Shown piece after piece: positions 12,906 to 24,974 of a DNA stretch of 64,000 nt; positions within the stretch are counted from its first letter, which is position 1; each line of letters opens with the position of its first letter. A program made the translations under genes and the position numbers. The DNA comes from Mobula hypostoma (Eukaryota): the NCBI RefSeq assembly GCF_963921235.1, contig NC_086097.1:183646001-183710000 (forward strand). Direction: 5' to 3'. The notes beneath the pieces were generated by a model that did not search any database, was not told where the DNA came from, and was given only the letters and a program-made list of their open reading frames with translations.

Positions 12906-13589
12906 TTTACATCTGTTTAAAAAGGTCCCGAGATGTGATGTTCTCTTATGGACAATTTGGCAAGAGACATGCTTTAAGCAACCCTATTAACATGACTGTA
13001 CTCAATTCCAATGAAGCCTTATATTCTGTGTCTGATTTCATATACGCCTAGCATCACATTCAAATGAGTTCTAATAAACTTTCTTGTAAAGTGCATCATC
13101 TGCTGAATGTTTCCAGCAGTTTTTATTTTGCTTTCTGATATGCAACTGCGGTGCTTGGATTTATGCTAGCTAGTGGTTATTAAATCCATACCTGCATCTG
13201 TCCAGGGATCTTGTGGCTACAGCCAATTCTGAAAGTAACTCATCTTCCCATCAGAGTTCTAGGATGTCCTCAGGCAGTTGGTCTGCCAACAATGAAGATA
13301 GCAAGTAAGTTGTGAGTGGTTGAACTCCATGTACATGTAGAGTGCTGAAAACATTTTAATGACTTCACATGGGGAGTCAAACTACTTTGAAACCTGATCA
13401 AAACCCATCTGTGTCCAGCTATACCATCAACGTAACACACTGCTCTATGAAATACACTTCTGTCATCCATTTACCAAAAATATTTATCAATCAGGATATT
13501 GAAATGCCCCACTACAGCCTCAAAATCACTGTCTTATTCGATCTCATAGCTTTCACATAGAGCCTGCTTTTCAATGAGGGTACAACTAT

Positions 13590-14853
13590 CAACCCAACAC
13601 ATTGCAAAAGCTTCTGTGAAGTATTGAGGAGGGTTTGAGGCGTAAGGAGTGGCTGTATAGGCTAGAGCTGATTACCTTGGAGTGAAGGGGGCTAAGTGGT
13701 GATGTGGCAGGGGTATAAAAAACCATGAGAAGCATAGACAGATTGTCATAATCATTAGAAGGCAGAGAAGATGAGAATGGAACAACTAAAAGGGGCCTGG
13801 TGAGCAATTTTTTTCCCCCACGAGTTCAAGTTCAAAGTTCTAAAGTTCTAAGTATTTTTAAAATCAAAGTTTGCATATGTCACTATATACTACCTTGAGT
13901 TATTTCCTTGCAGACATTTACAGGAAAATAATTACAGTGGAATTTATGGGGAAAAAACTATACTTAACAAAGACTGACAAACGACCAATGTGCAAAAGTT
14001 CAAGTTCACGTTTATTGTCATCTGGCTGTACAAGCAAACAAAACTACGTACCTCCAGACTACAGTGCACCCACAGAACATATATCACAGAAAGCACATAA
14101 ACCAAATATTATGCTATAAATAAGCTAATAAAATATAATTCAAAATACCGGTAGTAAAGTGCAGCACAGATGATACATAAATGGCTCGCAGTCCTGGTGT
14201 TGAGACCTTGGTGATGGCAGGGTAGAAAGACGACAAATCACACAAATAATAAATAAAATAGCAAATAAATAATATTGAGCAGATGCATTGTAGAGTCCTT
14301 GAAAGTGAGTATATAGGCTGTGGAGTCAATTCAGTGCAGAAGCGAGTGAAATTATCCATGCTGATTCAGCTGCCTGATGGCTGTAGGGTAATAACTGTCT
14401 TGAACTTGATTGTGAGTCCTAAGGCTTCTGTACCTCCTGTCCAGTGGTAGTAGGGAGAAGAGAGGATTAGATCAGCCCATGATTGCATAGTAGAGCAGAC
14501 TCGTTGGTCTGGATTATAGGGGTCCTTGATGATGGATGCAGCCTTCTTGTGGTAATGCCCCTGTATGTGTGCTCAATGATGGCAAGGCTTTGCCTGTGAT
14601 GGACTGGGCACTGCCCACCACCTTTCGTAGGTTTTACCATTCCTGAGCAGAGTGGTAGAAATATATAACAAGCTGCCAGAGGAAATGGTGGAAGTACAAT
14701 TGTAATGTTTGAAAAATAGCTGGACAAGTTCCTGGATACAAAACTTTCAAAGGGATAGGAGCCAAACGTGGGCAAATGGGACTAGCTGAGGAAGGTGCGT
14801 AGAGTGGGATGGATAAGTTGTATCAAAGGGCCAGTATCAATGCTGTATAACTC
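13590..14853 (+). mobile_element. Old CR1 3' fragment split by minus-strand Rex1/Babar 3' fragments (~13823-14645)
   Basis: CR1 ORF2-end sequence stops at the T-run near 13810 and resumes at CAGAGTGGTAG (~14648). The intervening DNA starts with GTTCAAGTTCAA tail repeats. Confidence 0.6.
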
Positions 14854-15499
14854 GAAGACTTGTCCTTTTCAGCATAAGAATGATCCATTTCATCACTAGC
14901 TACCATGCAGCACTTAAAGACTAATGTCTTACCCCTAACTGCAACACAAGTGGAAACCAATCATGGCTGAATATTGATAATGAAACTTAGATTACTATGA
15001 TGGCTCTGGAAAGCATTGTTCAAAATGGGGTGAGGGTTTCAAGCCAGGTGTCTTTCAATGACCTACTTCAATTTCCCAGGCACTGACCGAAGAATACAAC
15101 TGAATCTCTGTTTTGTGTTTCATCACATCATTGGTTTTCCTTGTGCTGTTCAGCAGCCCGACATCCCAGATAGAGGGATCAAGCACTATTAAGCCAGACC
15201 TTTTATGGCTAGAACTGCTCAAGATCATCCTTCAAAGCCATCTGCAGTCTTTTTGCAATCATCAGCCTTCCACCAGTCAGAGGGTAACCACTGAAGAAGT
15301 ACTACTCAGATGCAGATGATAACGAAGAGTGAGTACTTTGGAGTGATGTGAGTACATTGTACTTTGGAGCCACAATGCAGATGAGGTGTTGGTGGAGGTG
15401 GCACAGTAGATGTTTAAAGTGTTGGCAAGTTGCCAATCAAGCAGCTTCATTATTATGGATATTTGACTGAACATGTTGATGATTCATTTATTCCTTTGC

Positions 15500-16640
15500 T
15501 ATTATAAAGGAAAAGGTGCTAGGCAAACTAAAAGGTGACTAAGTTACCGGGACCAGATAGACTACATCCCAGATTCCTGAAAGAGGTTGCTGAGGAGAGA
15601 ACGATGCATTGGTCACGATCTTTCAAGAATCACTTGATTCTGGCATAGTCTCGGAGGACTCAAAAAATGCAAATGTCACTCCAGTTCTTAGGAAGGGAGG
15701 AAGACAAAACAGAGGAAATTATAGCCTAACTCCAATGGTTGGGAAAGTGTTAGAGCCTATTATTAAGGATGAAGTTTCAGGGTACATAAAGTCTAATGAT
15801 AAAATAAAGTTTGTGTGGTTTCTGCAAAGGGAAGGCTTGCCTGACAAATTTGTTGGAATTCTTTGAAGAAGTAACAAGCAGGGTGGACAAAGGAGAGGCA
15901 GTGGATGTCATTTACTTGGATTTTCAGAAGGCATTCGATAAGGTGCCTCACATGAGGCTGCTTAAGAAGATAAAATCCTATGGTGTTACAGGAAAGATAC
16001 TGGCATGGATAGAGGAAGGGCTGACAGGCAGGAGGCAGTGAGTGGAAATAAAAGGGATGCTTTCCGGTTGGCTGTCAATGACTAGTAGTGTTCCTCAGGG
16101 GTCATTATTGGGATCACTAATTTTCACATCATTTGTCAATAATTTGGATAATGGAATTGATGGCTTTTAGGCAAAGTTTGTGGATGATATGAAGATAGGT
16201 GGAGGGGTAGGTAGTGCTGAGGAAGTGATGCAATTGCAGCAGGATTTAGACAGATTGGAAAAAATGGGCAAAATAGAGGCAGATAGAATACAGTGTTGGA
16301 GAAAGTATGATAATGCATTTTGGTAAAAAGAATATCACTGTGGACTATTATCTAAATGGGGAGAAAATACAGACATCAGAGGTGGAGAGGGACTTTGGAG
16401 TCCTCGTGCAAAACTCCCAGACGGTTAATTCATAGGATGAGTCTGTGGTAAAAAAGGCCAATTCCGTGAGCATGTTTAAAGCAGAAGTCGATAGATTCCT
16501 TAATGGTCGGGTGTCAAGGGAAATGGTGACAGGGCAGGTGTGTGAGGTTGAGTGGGATCCAGGATCAGCCATGATGAAATGGCAGAACAGACTTGATAGG
16601 CTGAATGGCCTAATTCTACTCCTATGTCTTATGGTCTTAT
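15500..16640 (+). mobile_element. CR1 LINE internal/3' fragment with deletions
   Basis: IFQESLDSG, KACLTNLLEFFEEV, YLDFQKAFDKVPH, and tail CCTATGTCTTATGGTCTTAT. Confidence 0.88.
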
Positions 16641-16849
16641 AGATTATTTTGCAGAGGCAAGTCCTTATTGGCACTTTAGTATACTTTAACAATTTGATTG
16701 TTGGACCTTTTGAGAGTTTCTTGGATTAATGATTGGTAACCATTCCTTTCAGAAGTACAGAGATCCAAGTGAATTAAAATTGGCTTCCCAGCTGTCCAGC
16801 ATTCAAAAGATACTCAAAATGATATGGTTACCATGTGAAACAAGAGAAA

Positions 16850-16980
16850 ATGAGAAGATGCTGGAAATCCAAGCAACACACACACACACAAAATGCTGGA
16901 GGAACTCAGCAGGCCAGGCAGCATCTATGGAAAAGTGTACAGCCCATGTTTCGGGCCGAGTCCCTTCGGCAGGACTGGAG
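16850..16980 (-). mobile_element. Penelope-like terminal-repeat fragment with decayed hammerhead motif
   Basis: Matches 6914-7013 and the left arm of 2180-2405. Minus strand reads CAGTC-CTGCCGA-AGGGACTCGGCCC-GAAACATG. Confidence 0.7.
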
Positions 16981-17976
16981 GTCACTATGTGGTTCTGTGG
17001 TTTTATTTTAAAGGTACAACATGTTTATGAGTGTTACCTGCATTGTGAAAATATATTTCAATAAGCCAGTGTTGATGTGCAGCTTCTGTTCTTTCTTGGT
17101 CAGAAGGCCCTTGTTCATTAAGCTGCTTAGCCACAGCACCCTATTGTATAATGACACCTTAATTTCAGTGATGCGCTGCTTTGCTTGGGGGTTACACTAA
17201 ATTTCTTTGCAGACTGTGAAGATTATTGACCTCCTCCCGGAACAATCAGTATGAGACAGGCATTGTACAAATGAATACACCTCATATTTAAAAATATCAA
17301 CTCTTTTTCTTCCCTTAGCAATCCCAATAGCAATCTGCAAGATTTATGGATTTTATTGCATTATTTATCACCTTGCTTTACAGCAGAACTCAATTAAATC
17401 ACATATATAAATTGCATAGCATTAAAGGTGTCTCATAACAAAGCACATGTATAGTAAATTAACATTTAATATGCATCCAAGAAGACAGCATTATTTGAAA
17501 AATCCATTCTATACTATAAATCACAATAGCATGCACTGTGCATATTTAGTAAGTTTTGTAAGCAGGAATTTCCTGTCAGCTGCAGGCCCCCCATAGTCAC
17601 TGCTGACCCAGGAAGAAAACCTGAAGTGAGGTTTTGTACAAACTCTTGTGTTAGCTTCCTACAAAATACTGGCCTTGTTCATTACGTAGATATTCTGTGA
17701 GGCAGAAAGAGCTTTGTGCATTTTTTTTCAAATAGTGGGGTTAATGCAGATGGAAGTTATATTGGTACCTCTTGATGGCCACATGTAAAGGGAAGTAGAA
17801 GACATAGTGAGTTCTGGCAATAAACTGCCGAAAACAGATTTTTTTTCTGGCTCAGCTGACTGTTAAACTTATCCAAATCTTTGGATGTTTCTGGATGTTT
17901 CAGATATTCAATGAAAAATATTAAAAATAAATAAATAAATAAAATACTTGAAAAAACCTTATTTAAGTTTTGTTAA

Positions 17977-18512
17977 TATTAAGGATCTGGCCTGAACACT
18001 GGGTCGAAGGGCCTCTGCTGGTAGCTCTGGATCACGATAGTCTTTAATTTCTGTTTTCTTTCACCTGGCCATGCAGGTTCTGGCCCAGCCCCTTTCCTTT
18101 TTTGGACTTCCTCCAATTACCTGCTTGTCTCCTTATTTGCACCCACCTGTTTCTAATTTTCACTCATTACCCTGTCCATTTAAACCCTGCTTTGACTAGT
18201 ATCCTCTGCCAGCTTTTCCCAGTTTTGACCTGTGTCCTTCCAGCCTGTCATTGTGACTTCTGCCAACTGATTTTGCCTGATTCTGTATTTTGGACTCTGC
18301 CTGCTCTTGGACCTGATTTTTGCCTGTGCCTGCTAGATTGTCTGCCCTCGCCTGACTGCCTTTCCTGATAAGACCTCTGCCTGCCATTTGGATTCGTGCC
18401 TGGCTGCTTTTTTTTTTGAAAGACTGTTGCCTTTGTGCTCCCTAATAATCCTGGTGAAATAGTGTTCATTGGTCTGTACTTGAGTCCCACTGAAACCTGA
18501 CGGAACCCAACA
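17977..18512 (+). repeat. 5' LTR of chromovirus (536 bp)
   Basis: TATTAAGG...CCCAACA aligns to 22825-23061 plus 28806-29112. Hand count: about 13 substitutions and 1 indel over the first ~236 bp. Confidence 0.93.
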
Positions 18513-18528
18513 GAACAAACTGGCCAAG

Positions 18529-21500
18529 ATGGACTCAGCGGACTCCCACTAGGTGTGTGAGGCCCTCTCCCAACAGGGTGTGTTGTTAGGAAGACATGTA
18601 ATGCAATTTGCCTCTATCAACCAGTTGATAGAAGCCTTTTCTGCCACTCTGACCAGCATAGTCTCCCAGCTACTCCAGATTCAACTGGCACTGAGCTCTA
18701 ACCTGCCTTCTCTTGCTGTGCCATCAGCCCCACAGATGCCAGCCCAACCAGCTTGAGAGCCCTGTTTACCTCCACCTGAACTTTACAATGGTGAACCAGG
18801 CACCTGCAGATCCTTCCTGTCTCAATGCTTGCTGATTTTTGAGCTGCAGCCCACTACCTTTCCCACTGATCAATCCCATATCGCTTATGTTATCACGCTG
18901 CTGTCAAGAAGAGCAAGAGAGTGGGGTACGGCTGTGTGGGACAGCAGAGCCCCTTTTTGCCACATGTTTAAGGACTTTTGTGAGATGAGAAGAGTCTTTG
19001 ACCATTCCCAGCAGGGGTGAGAGGCAGCAAAGGAGATATTGCGAGTCCGTCAGGGTAACCGTTCTGTTTCGGACTACGCCATTCAGTTCCGCACACTAGC
19101 CGCCACTACCAACTGGAATTCGGCGGCCCAGTCTGACGTGTTCCTCTATGGGCCTAGCGAAGAGGTTAAGGATGAACTAGCCACCCATGACCTGCCTGCT
19201 GGATTCCAAGAGCTGGTTGATTTGGCCATTAAGATTAACAGCCGCATAAAACAACGTCAGCAGGAGCATGATGTCCAGGGGTTATGAAGAACCACCGGTG
19301 GTGTCTGACCTCTTCCCACCCAGCACCCAGATCCCCTTCCCTAAGTCCTCAGTCACCCCCATCCAGCCCAACAGAGCTCATGCAGATTGATCGTACCCGT
19401 CTGTCTCCTTCGGAAAGGAGGAGAGTCAGTACCAACTCCTGTCTGTATTGTGGTCTGGCTGGTCACTATGTATCTACCTGTCCCTGTAAAAGCCAACACT
19501 CGCTCGTAAATAGGGGACTACGGGCGAGCAGTACTTCCCTCCCCCGGTTCCCCGTCACTCGAACCCTGCTACCTGCTTTTATACTGGCTGAAGGGAGGAG
19601 ATGTGCCGTTTCAGTTTTTATCGACTCTGGCGCTGAGGGTAACTTTATCAGTTCCAGCTTTGCGGCCAATCTCGGGATGCCACTCTCCCATCTGAAGCAA
19701 CCCCTGGAGGCCAGCGGCTTAACCAGAGTGAAACTTGCCATGGTTACCCACTCTACAGCTCTGGTGAGTCTCCTCATTTCTGGCAATCACCAGGAGAGCA
19801 TTGCTTTCCATGTAATAGATTCCCCCAAAGCTGAAGTTGTGTTAGGCTACCCATGGTTGGCTCAGCACGGTCCACACATTGATTGATCTAATAAGTGTTA
19901 AGCTGGAGTCCTTTCTGCCTAAATCATTGTCTGCATATTGCTCATGCTACTCAGTGTGGTTCCTCAGCCTACAGAAGAGTTTCCCGATCTGTCCTCTGTA
20001 CCCCCTGAATATCTGGACCTCAGCTGGTATTCAGCAAGACTCTGGCCACCACACTACCCCCACATCACTCCTATGACTGCGCTATAGATCTCCTTCTGGG
20101 AACCGCACCACCTAGGGGCCGTCTGTATTTCCTGTCTCCACCCAAAAGGGAAGCGATGGACGGGTATATCCAGGAGGCCCTGGCTGCAGGAATTATCTGT
20201 TCCTCTTCCTCCCCAGCAGGGGCAGGGTTCTTCTTTGTGGCCAGGAAGGACGGGTCCCTGTGTCCTTGCATGGACTATAGAGGTCTCTGAGGTCACCATT
20301 AAGAACCGCTATCCTCTTCCTCTTATGTCATCTGCATTCGAATTGCTCCAGGGTGCTTCTATCTTCTCCAAGCTTGACCTCCGCAACGCTTACCACCTGT
20401 CCGCATAAGAGAGGGGGATGAGCGGAAGACCACGTTCAATACGCCATTGGAGCACTACGAATATCTGGTAATTCCTTTCTGACCTTCTAATGGTCCTGCT
20501 GTATTCCAGTCCCTGGTGAATGATTTCCTCAGAGACATGTTGAATCAATTTGTATTTCTGTACTTGGATGACATTCTGATATTTTCTAGGTCTCTCTCTG
20601 AACACATCCAGCATGTCCGTCGGGTGCTCCAACGACTCCTGGAAAATCAGTTATTTGTAAAGGTGGAGAAGTGTGAATTTCACCAGGGTTCAACTTTGTT
20701 TCTGGGATATGTGATCAGTGCTGGAGGAATCCAGAAGGACCCTCAGAAGATCAAGGCGGTAGAGGAGTGGCCACAACCCGCCTCTCGACGAGATGTCCGA
20801 CACTTTCTTGGGTTTGCCAACTTCTATCGCCGATTCATTTGAAATTTCAGCGTCCTGGCTGCCCCGCTGACTGCTCTAACCTCCTCCAAATCGAAGTTCG
20901 CCTGGAATCCAACAGCTGAGAAAGCCTTTTCTGAACTAAAGACTCGTTTCAGCACGGCACCTATCCTCCTTCAGCCTGATCCTACAAGGCAGTTTATTGT
21001 AGAGACTGACACCTCTGATGTAGGAGTAGGGGCTATACTGTCACAGCGTTCAGCAGAAGATGACGTGTGCCTTTTTATCCCACAAATTTTCGCCTGCAGA
21101 ACGCAACTATAACATTGGAAATTGAGAGTTATTGGCTGTTAAACTTGCTCTTGAGGAATGGCGGCATTGGCTTGAGGGAACGACTACTCCCTTTCTAGTC
21201 TGGACGGATCACAAGAACCTGGAATATATCCGTTCAGCCAAACGCCTCAACTCCCGCCAGGCTTGGTGGTCCCTGTTTTTTGCCCATTTTAGATTCACCC
21301 TGGCCTACCGTCCTGGCTCTAAGAACGGCAAGCCTGACGCGCTCTCCAGGCAGTTTCCAACAACCGGCGAGGCACCCGAGGTTATGACCATTCTCCCCAA
21401 GCAATGTCTGGTCGCTGCAGCACAGTGGGAGATTGAATCTGTGGTCCAGTCTGCCCAGCAGGGTGAGTCTGTTCCTAGTGCCTTCCCTGCTAATCTATTG

Positions 21501-22810
21501 TATGTTCCCCAGTCTGTCCACTCCCAGGTTCTCCAGTGGGGACACACCTCCAAACTGGCATGTCACCCTGGTATCAGATGCACGACGGCTTTCATCAGTC
21601 GAAGATTTTGGTGGCCATCCCTGAGGAAGAATGTTGAGAGCTTCATTCTGCCTGCCCAGTCTGTGCACAGAACAAGACCTCCAGCCAGCCACCAACTGGT
21701 CTCCTGTAACCCCTGCCTGTTCCTAGAAGGCCCTGGTCGCACATTGCACTGGACTTAGTCACCGGACTCCCTCCGTCCGACGGTAACACTACCATTCTTA
21801 CCGTAGTGGATTGTTTTTCCCAAATCGGTCCACTTAGTTCCCCTTCCCAAGCTGCTCTCTGCCAAGGAGACTGCCAACCTGGTGATTCAGCATGTTTTCC
21901 GTATTCATGGTCTCCCTGTTGAAGTGGTATCTGATAGAGGTTCGCAATTTACCTCCCACTTTTGGAGGGCCTTTTGCAAACTACTCGGGATCAGGGTTAA
22001 CCCCTCATCTGGGTTTCATCCACAGAGTAATGGCCAGACCAAGCGTGCTGATCAGTAGATGGAGGTGATGCTCTGTTGTGTGACGTCTCAGGAATCTTCC
22101 TCTTGGAGTCAGCAACTTCCCTGGGTTGAGTACGCCATTAATTCTTTGTCTTCTGCTTCATCAGGTTTATCACCATTCCAGTGCTGTCTTGGCTATCAGC
22201 CCCCCTTATTCGCATCTCAGGAGGAGGAAGTGGGCGTTCCCTCAGCCGAAGCGTTTGTCCAGAGGTGTTCACGGACCTGGAGATGAGCCCGAAAGACGCT
22301 GCTGCAATCTACAGCCGGAATGAAGCAGCAAGCAGACCATCACTGCATCGAGGCCCCCCATTACTGCTAGGGTCAGAAGATGTGGTTATCTTCACGTGAC
22401 ATCCCCTTGAAGGTGGACTCCCACAAGCTGGCGCCATGCTACATTGGACCTTTCCCCATCACCAAGGTGATCAGCCCTTTGGCAGTATGTCTAAAACTAC
22501 CTCCTACCCTTCGCAGAATCCATCCTATATTCCATATTTCAACGATTAAGCCCTTTGCAGCCCCCTCTGTCCCATCCCCAAGCCCCCTCCCCCTCCCCGT
22601 CTCATCGATGGCTCAGAGACCTTCACTATGCGCTGATTACTGGACGTTCGACGCAGAGGTCATGGACTGCAATACCTCGTTGATTGGGAGGGCTATGGCC
22701 TTGAAGAGAGGTGTTGGGTTCCCACTCGAGATATCTTGGATCCCTCTCTCATTAAGGACTTTCATAGGAGCCATCCTGTACCAGCAAGAAGGGTGACCGG
22801 AGACACCCAT
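18529..22810 (+). pseudogene. Chromovirus gag-pol, multiple stops and frameshifts
   Basis: MDSA start; IAYVITLLSRRAREW; CLYCGLAGHYVSTC knuckle; FIDSGAEGNF protease; [17 protein letters not shown] RNase H; H..HPG integrase zinc domain; chromodomain [29 protein letters not shown] at ~22637-22725. Confidence 0.92.
19485..19540 (+). promoter_or_regulatory. Putative gag-pol -1 ribosomal frameshift signal (A-run plus H-type pseudoknot)
   Basis: TGTAAAA (19485-19491), 7-nt spacer, stem 1 CTCGCTCGTA (19499-19508) / TACGGGCGAG (19519-19528). Loop AGGGGA (19512-19517) pairs with TTCCCT (19535-19540). It lies between the zinc knuckle and the protease. Confidence 0.65.
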
Positions 22811-22824
22811 GAGGGGGGCAGTAC

Positions 22825-23061
22825 TGTTAAGGATCTGGCCTGAACACTGGGTCGAAGGGCCTCTGCTGGTAGCTCTGAATCACAGCAGTCTTTAACTTCT
22901 GTTTTCTTTCACCTGGCCATGTGGGTTCTGGCCCAGCCCCTTTCCTTTTATTGGACTTCCACCAATTACCTGCTTGTCTCCTCATTTGCACCCACCTGTT
23001 TCTAATTTTCACTCATTACCCTGTCCATTTAAACCCTGCCTTGAATAGCATCCTCTGCCAG
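22825..23061 (+). repeat. 3' LTR of chromovirus, left part
   Basis: Begins TGTTAAGG just after the purine tract; matches 17977-18212. Confidence 0.93.
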
Positions 23062-23540
23062 AGTGTTGCAGTTACTAGGGTAGGTAATGGAAACAGAAGA
23101 GAGGAAATTGTGTGGACTAGGTTAAGGTTGGGGCACTGTGCATTAAACAAAACATTGAAAATGATGGGGAAACACCGGACAGGATTGTGTGAGGAATGTC
23201 AGGAAGAGGAGTCAGTAGAACATGTAGTTCTGAGTTGCAGGAAGTATGGGATACAGAGAGAGATGATGAGAAATAAATTAAGGGAGTTGGGGATGCAGGA
23301 ATTCACATTAAAAGGGTTGCTGGGCATGGGTGAGAGAGCACAAGTCTGGGTATTTTTAGTGTTTTTAAGGGGTACAGGGGTTTTTTTATAGAATATGATG
23401 AATAAACAGGAATAAGATACTAGGATGGTCAAAGATGGGAGGGGTGTGTGTGTGTGGTCTAGTGCACATTCTGGAGCAGAGGGTGGTGGTAATGCACCAT
23501 TAAGCTAGATGCCAACTGCCATAAAACAAGATACAGACAG
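23062..23540 (+). mobile_element. Nimb/I-clade LINE, 5'-truncated 3'-end copy
   Basis: Nearly identical to ~28354-28805. TRLRLGH..CEECQEEESVEHVVLSC C-terminal CCHC, 3'UTR GGTGGTAATGCACC, ACAG-repeat tail. Confidence 0.9.
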
Positions 23541-23737
23541 ACATCCTCTGGTAGGGTGTAGGCTGGCTGAGGAACTGCTGGGGAGAGTTGCTCTCGGGTG
23601 GAAGATCCAGCTGCTGAGTTGGCTCGACTGGAAGCTGGCTGTGTTTTGCTTGATGCGTGAATGTGGTTTGGAACCTGTTGAGGGAAAGAGTGGGGAAGGA
23701 ATGGAAATTGCTGGGAGGGGGTTGTGTGGGTCCGGTA

Positions 23738-24966
23738 ATGGCGGACAAGATAAGAGGTGGGGTTGAGGGAAAGAAAGTGGAGAAGGAGAGGGATAGAGAC
23801 TTGGGACCAGAGGTAGGCAGCTGGGGAGAGGTGGATTATTGTGAAGGGAGAAATAAAGGGAATGAGGAGGTAGTGAGGGGTCGGATGAATAAAAACCAAG
23901 ACAAAGGGAATAAAAGAATAAGAAATGATAATGGAGAAAGCTCTGAAAGTGAGGAAGATGAACAAGCTCAGAGGAGGTGTTGTCATAATTAGGTTTAATG
24001 AGAAGGCTCAGGGACATATGAAGAAAATTAACCCGTTTGTGCTAACAACAACTCTGATAAATAAGATGGGGGAAATAGTATTTGCAAAAGTCCTTAATGA
24101 TGGCAACTTATTGGTAAGATGTGTGAATGAGGAACAACTTGAGAAAATACTCAAGCTAAAAGAGATAAGAAAATGCAAGGTGGAATACACTGGGAGGGTG
24201 GGAGCACAAAACAGTGGTTGTAAAGGAGTGATCACAGGGATACCAATGAGTATAAATTTGGAGGAGATAAACAGGAATATCAAAGGAGGGAAAGTAATGA
24301 ATGTTCAAAGACTGAAAACAACAGGAGGGAGTGAAAAAGGAAAGTGAATCAGTATTGATTGAATTTGAAGAAGAAAGAGTGTCAAGGAAGGTGTTCCTGG
24401 GTTTCATGAGTTACCCAGTAAGGGTGTATGTGCCAAAGCCATTGAGGTGCTATAATTGTCAAAGGTTTGGACATGTGGCTAAAAACTGTAAAAGGCAGAG
24501 GAGATGTGCTAGATGTGGGGGTGATCATGAATATGGAAAGTGTGGAACAGGAGTTCAACCAAAATGCTGCAATTGTGGAGGAGCTCATAATGTTGCATAT
24601 AGGGGGTGTGAGGTTGTGAGACGGGAGACTAAATTTCAAGAAATAAGAGTGAAAAGAAAGATCACTTATGCAGAAGCTGTAAGAATGTCAAGAGAACAGA
24701 ATAATGCTCCTAATGAACAGGGAGCAATAGGGATACGAGAGATGCAACAAAGAACAAATGACAGGATTTATGTAGACAAAAAGGCTCTAGTAACATTCAT
24801 TGCAGGAGTGATTAATAGTATGGCTGAGGTAAAGTCAAACAGTGACAAAATTCAGCTGGTGGTAAAAGCAGCAGTAAACCATTTAGGGTTAGTAGGACTG
24901 ACATGGGAGGAAGTGAGGGAGAACCTCAGTAATCAGTCAAGCCAGGAAGTGTCATGTGTTGGTTAA
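23738..24966 (+). pseudogene. Nimb ORF1, nucleic-acid-binding protein with three zinc knuckles (frameshifted)
   Basis: MADK start; CKGVITGIP; PKPLRCYNCQRFGHVAKNC, CARCGGDH..C, CCNCGGAH..C; ITYAEAVR. Confidence 0.9.
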
Positions 24967-24974
24967 TACTAATT

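Noticed and set aside
15113..15319. 68-aa ORF with acceptor-like and donor-like sites
   Set aside because: No recognisable protein similarity and only weak splice signals.
18529..22810. Domesticated PEG10/RTL-like gene
   Set aside because: Retains both LTRs and a TSD and has many stops and frameshifts, so it is a dead retrotransposon copy.
22921..23391. 156-aa chimeric ORF joining LTR sequence to the Nimb C-terminal zinc finger
   Set aside because: Chance in-frame junction with a GTG start inside the LTR; no evidence of expression.
23459..24017. Long minus-strand ORFs (170-175 aa)
   Set aside because: Antisense shadows of the purine-rich Nimb 5' region, with low-complexity translations.
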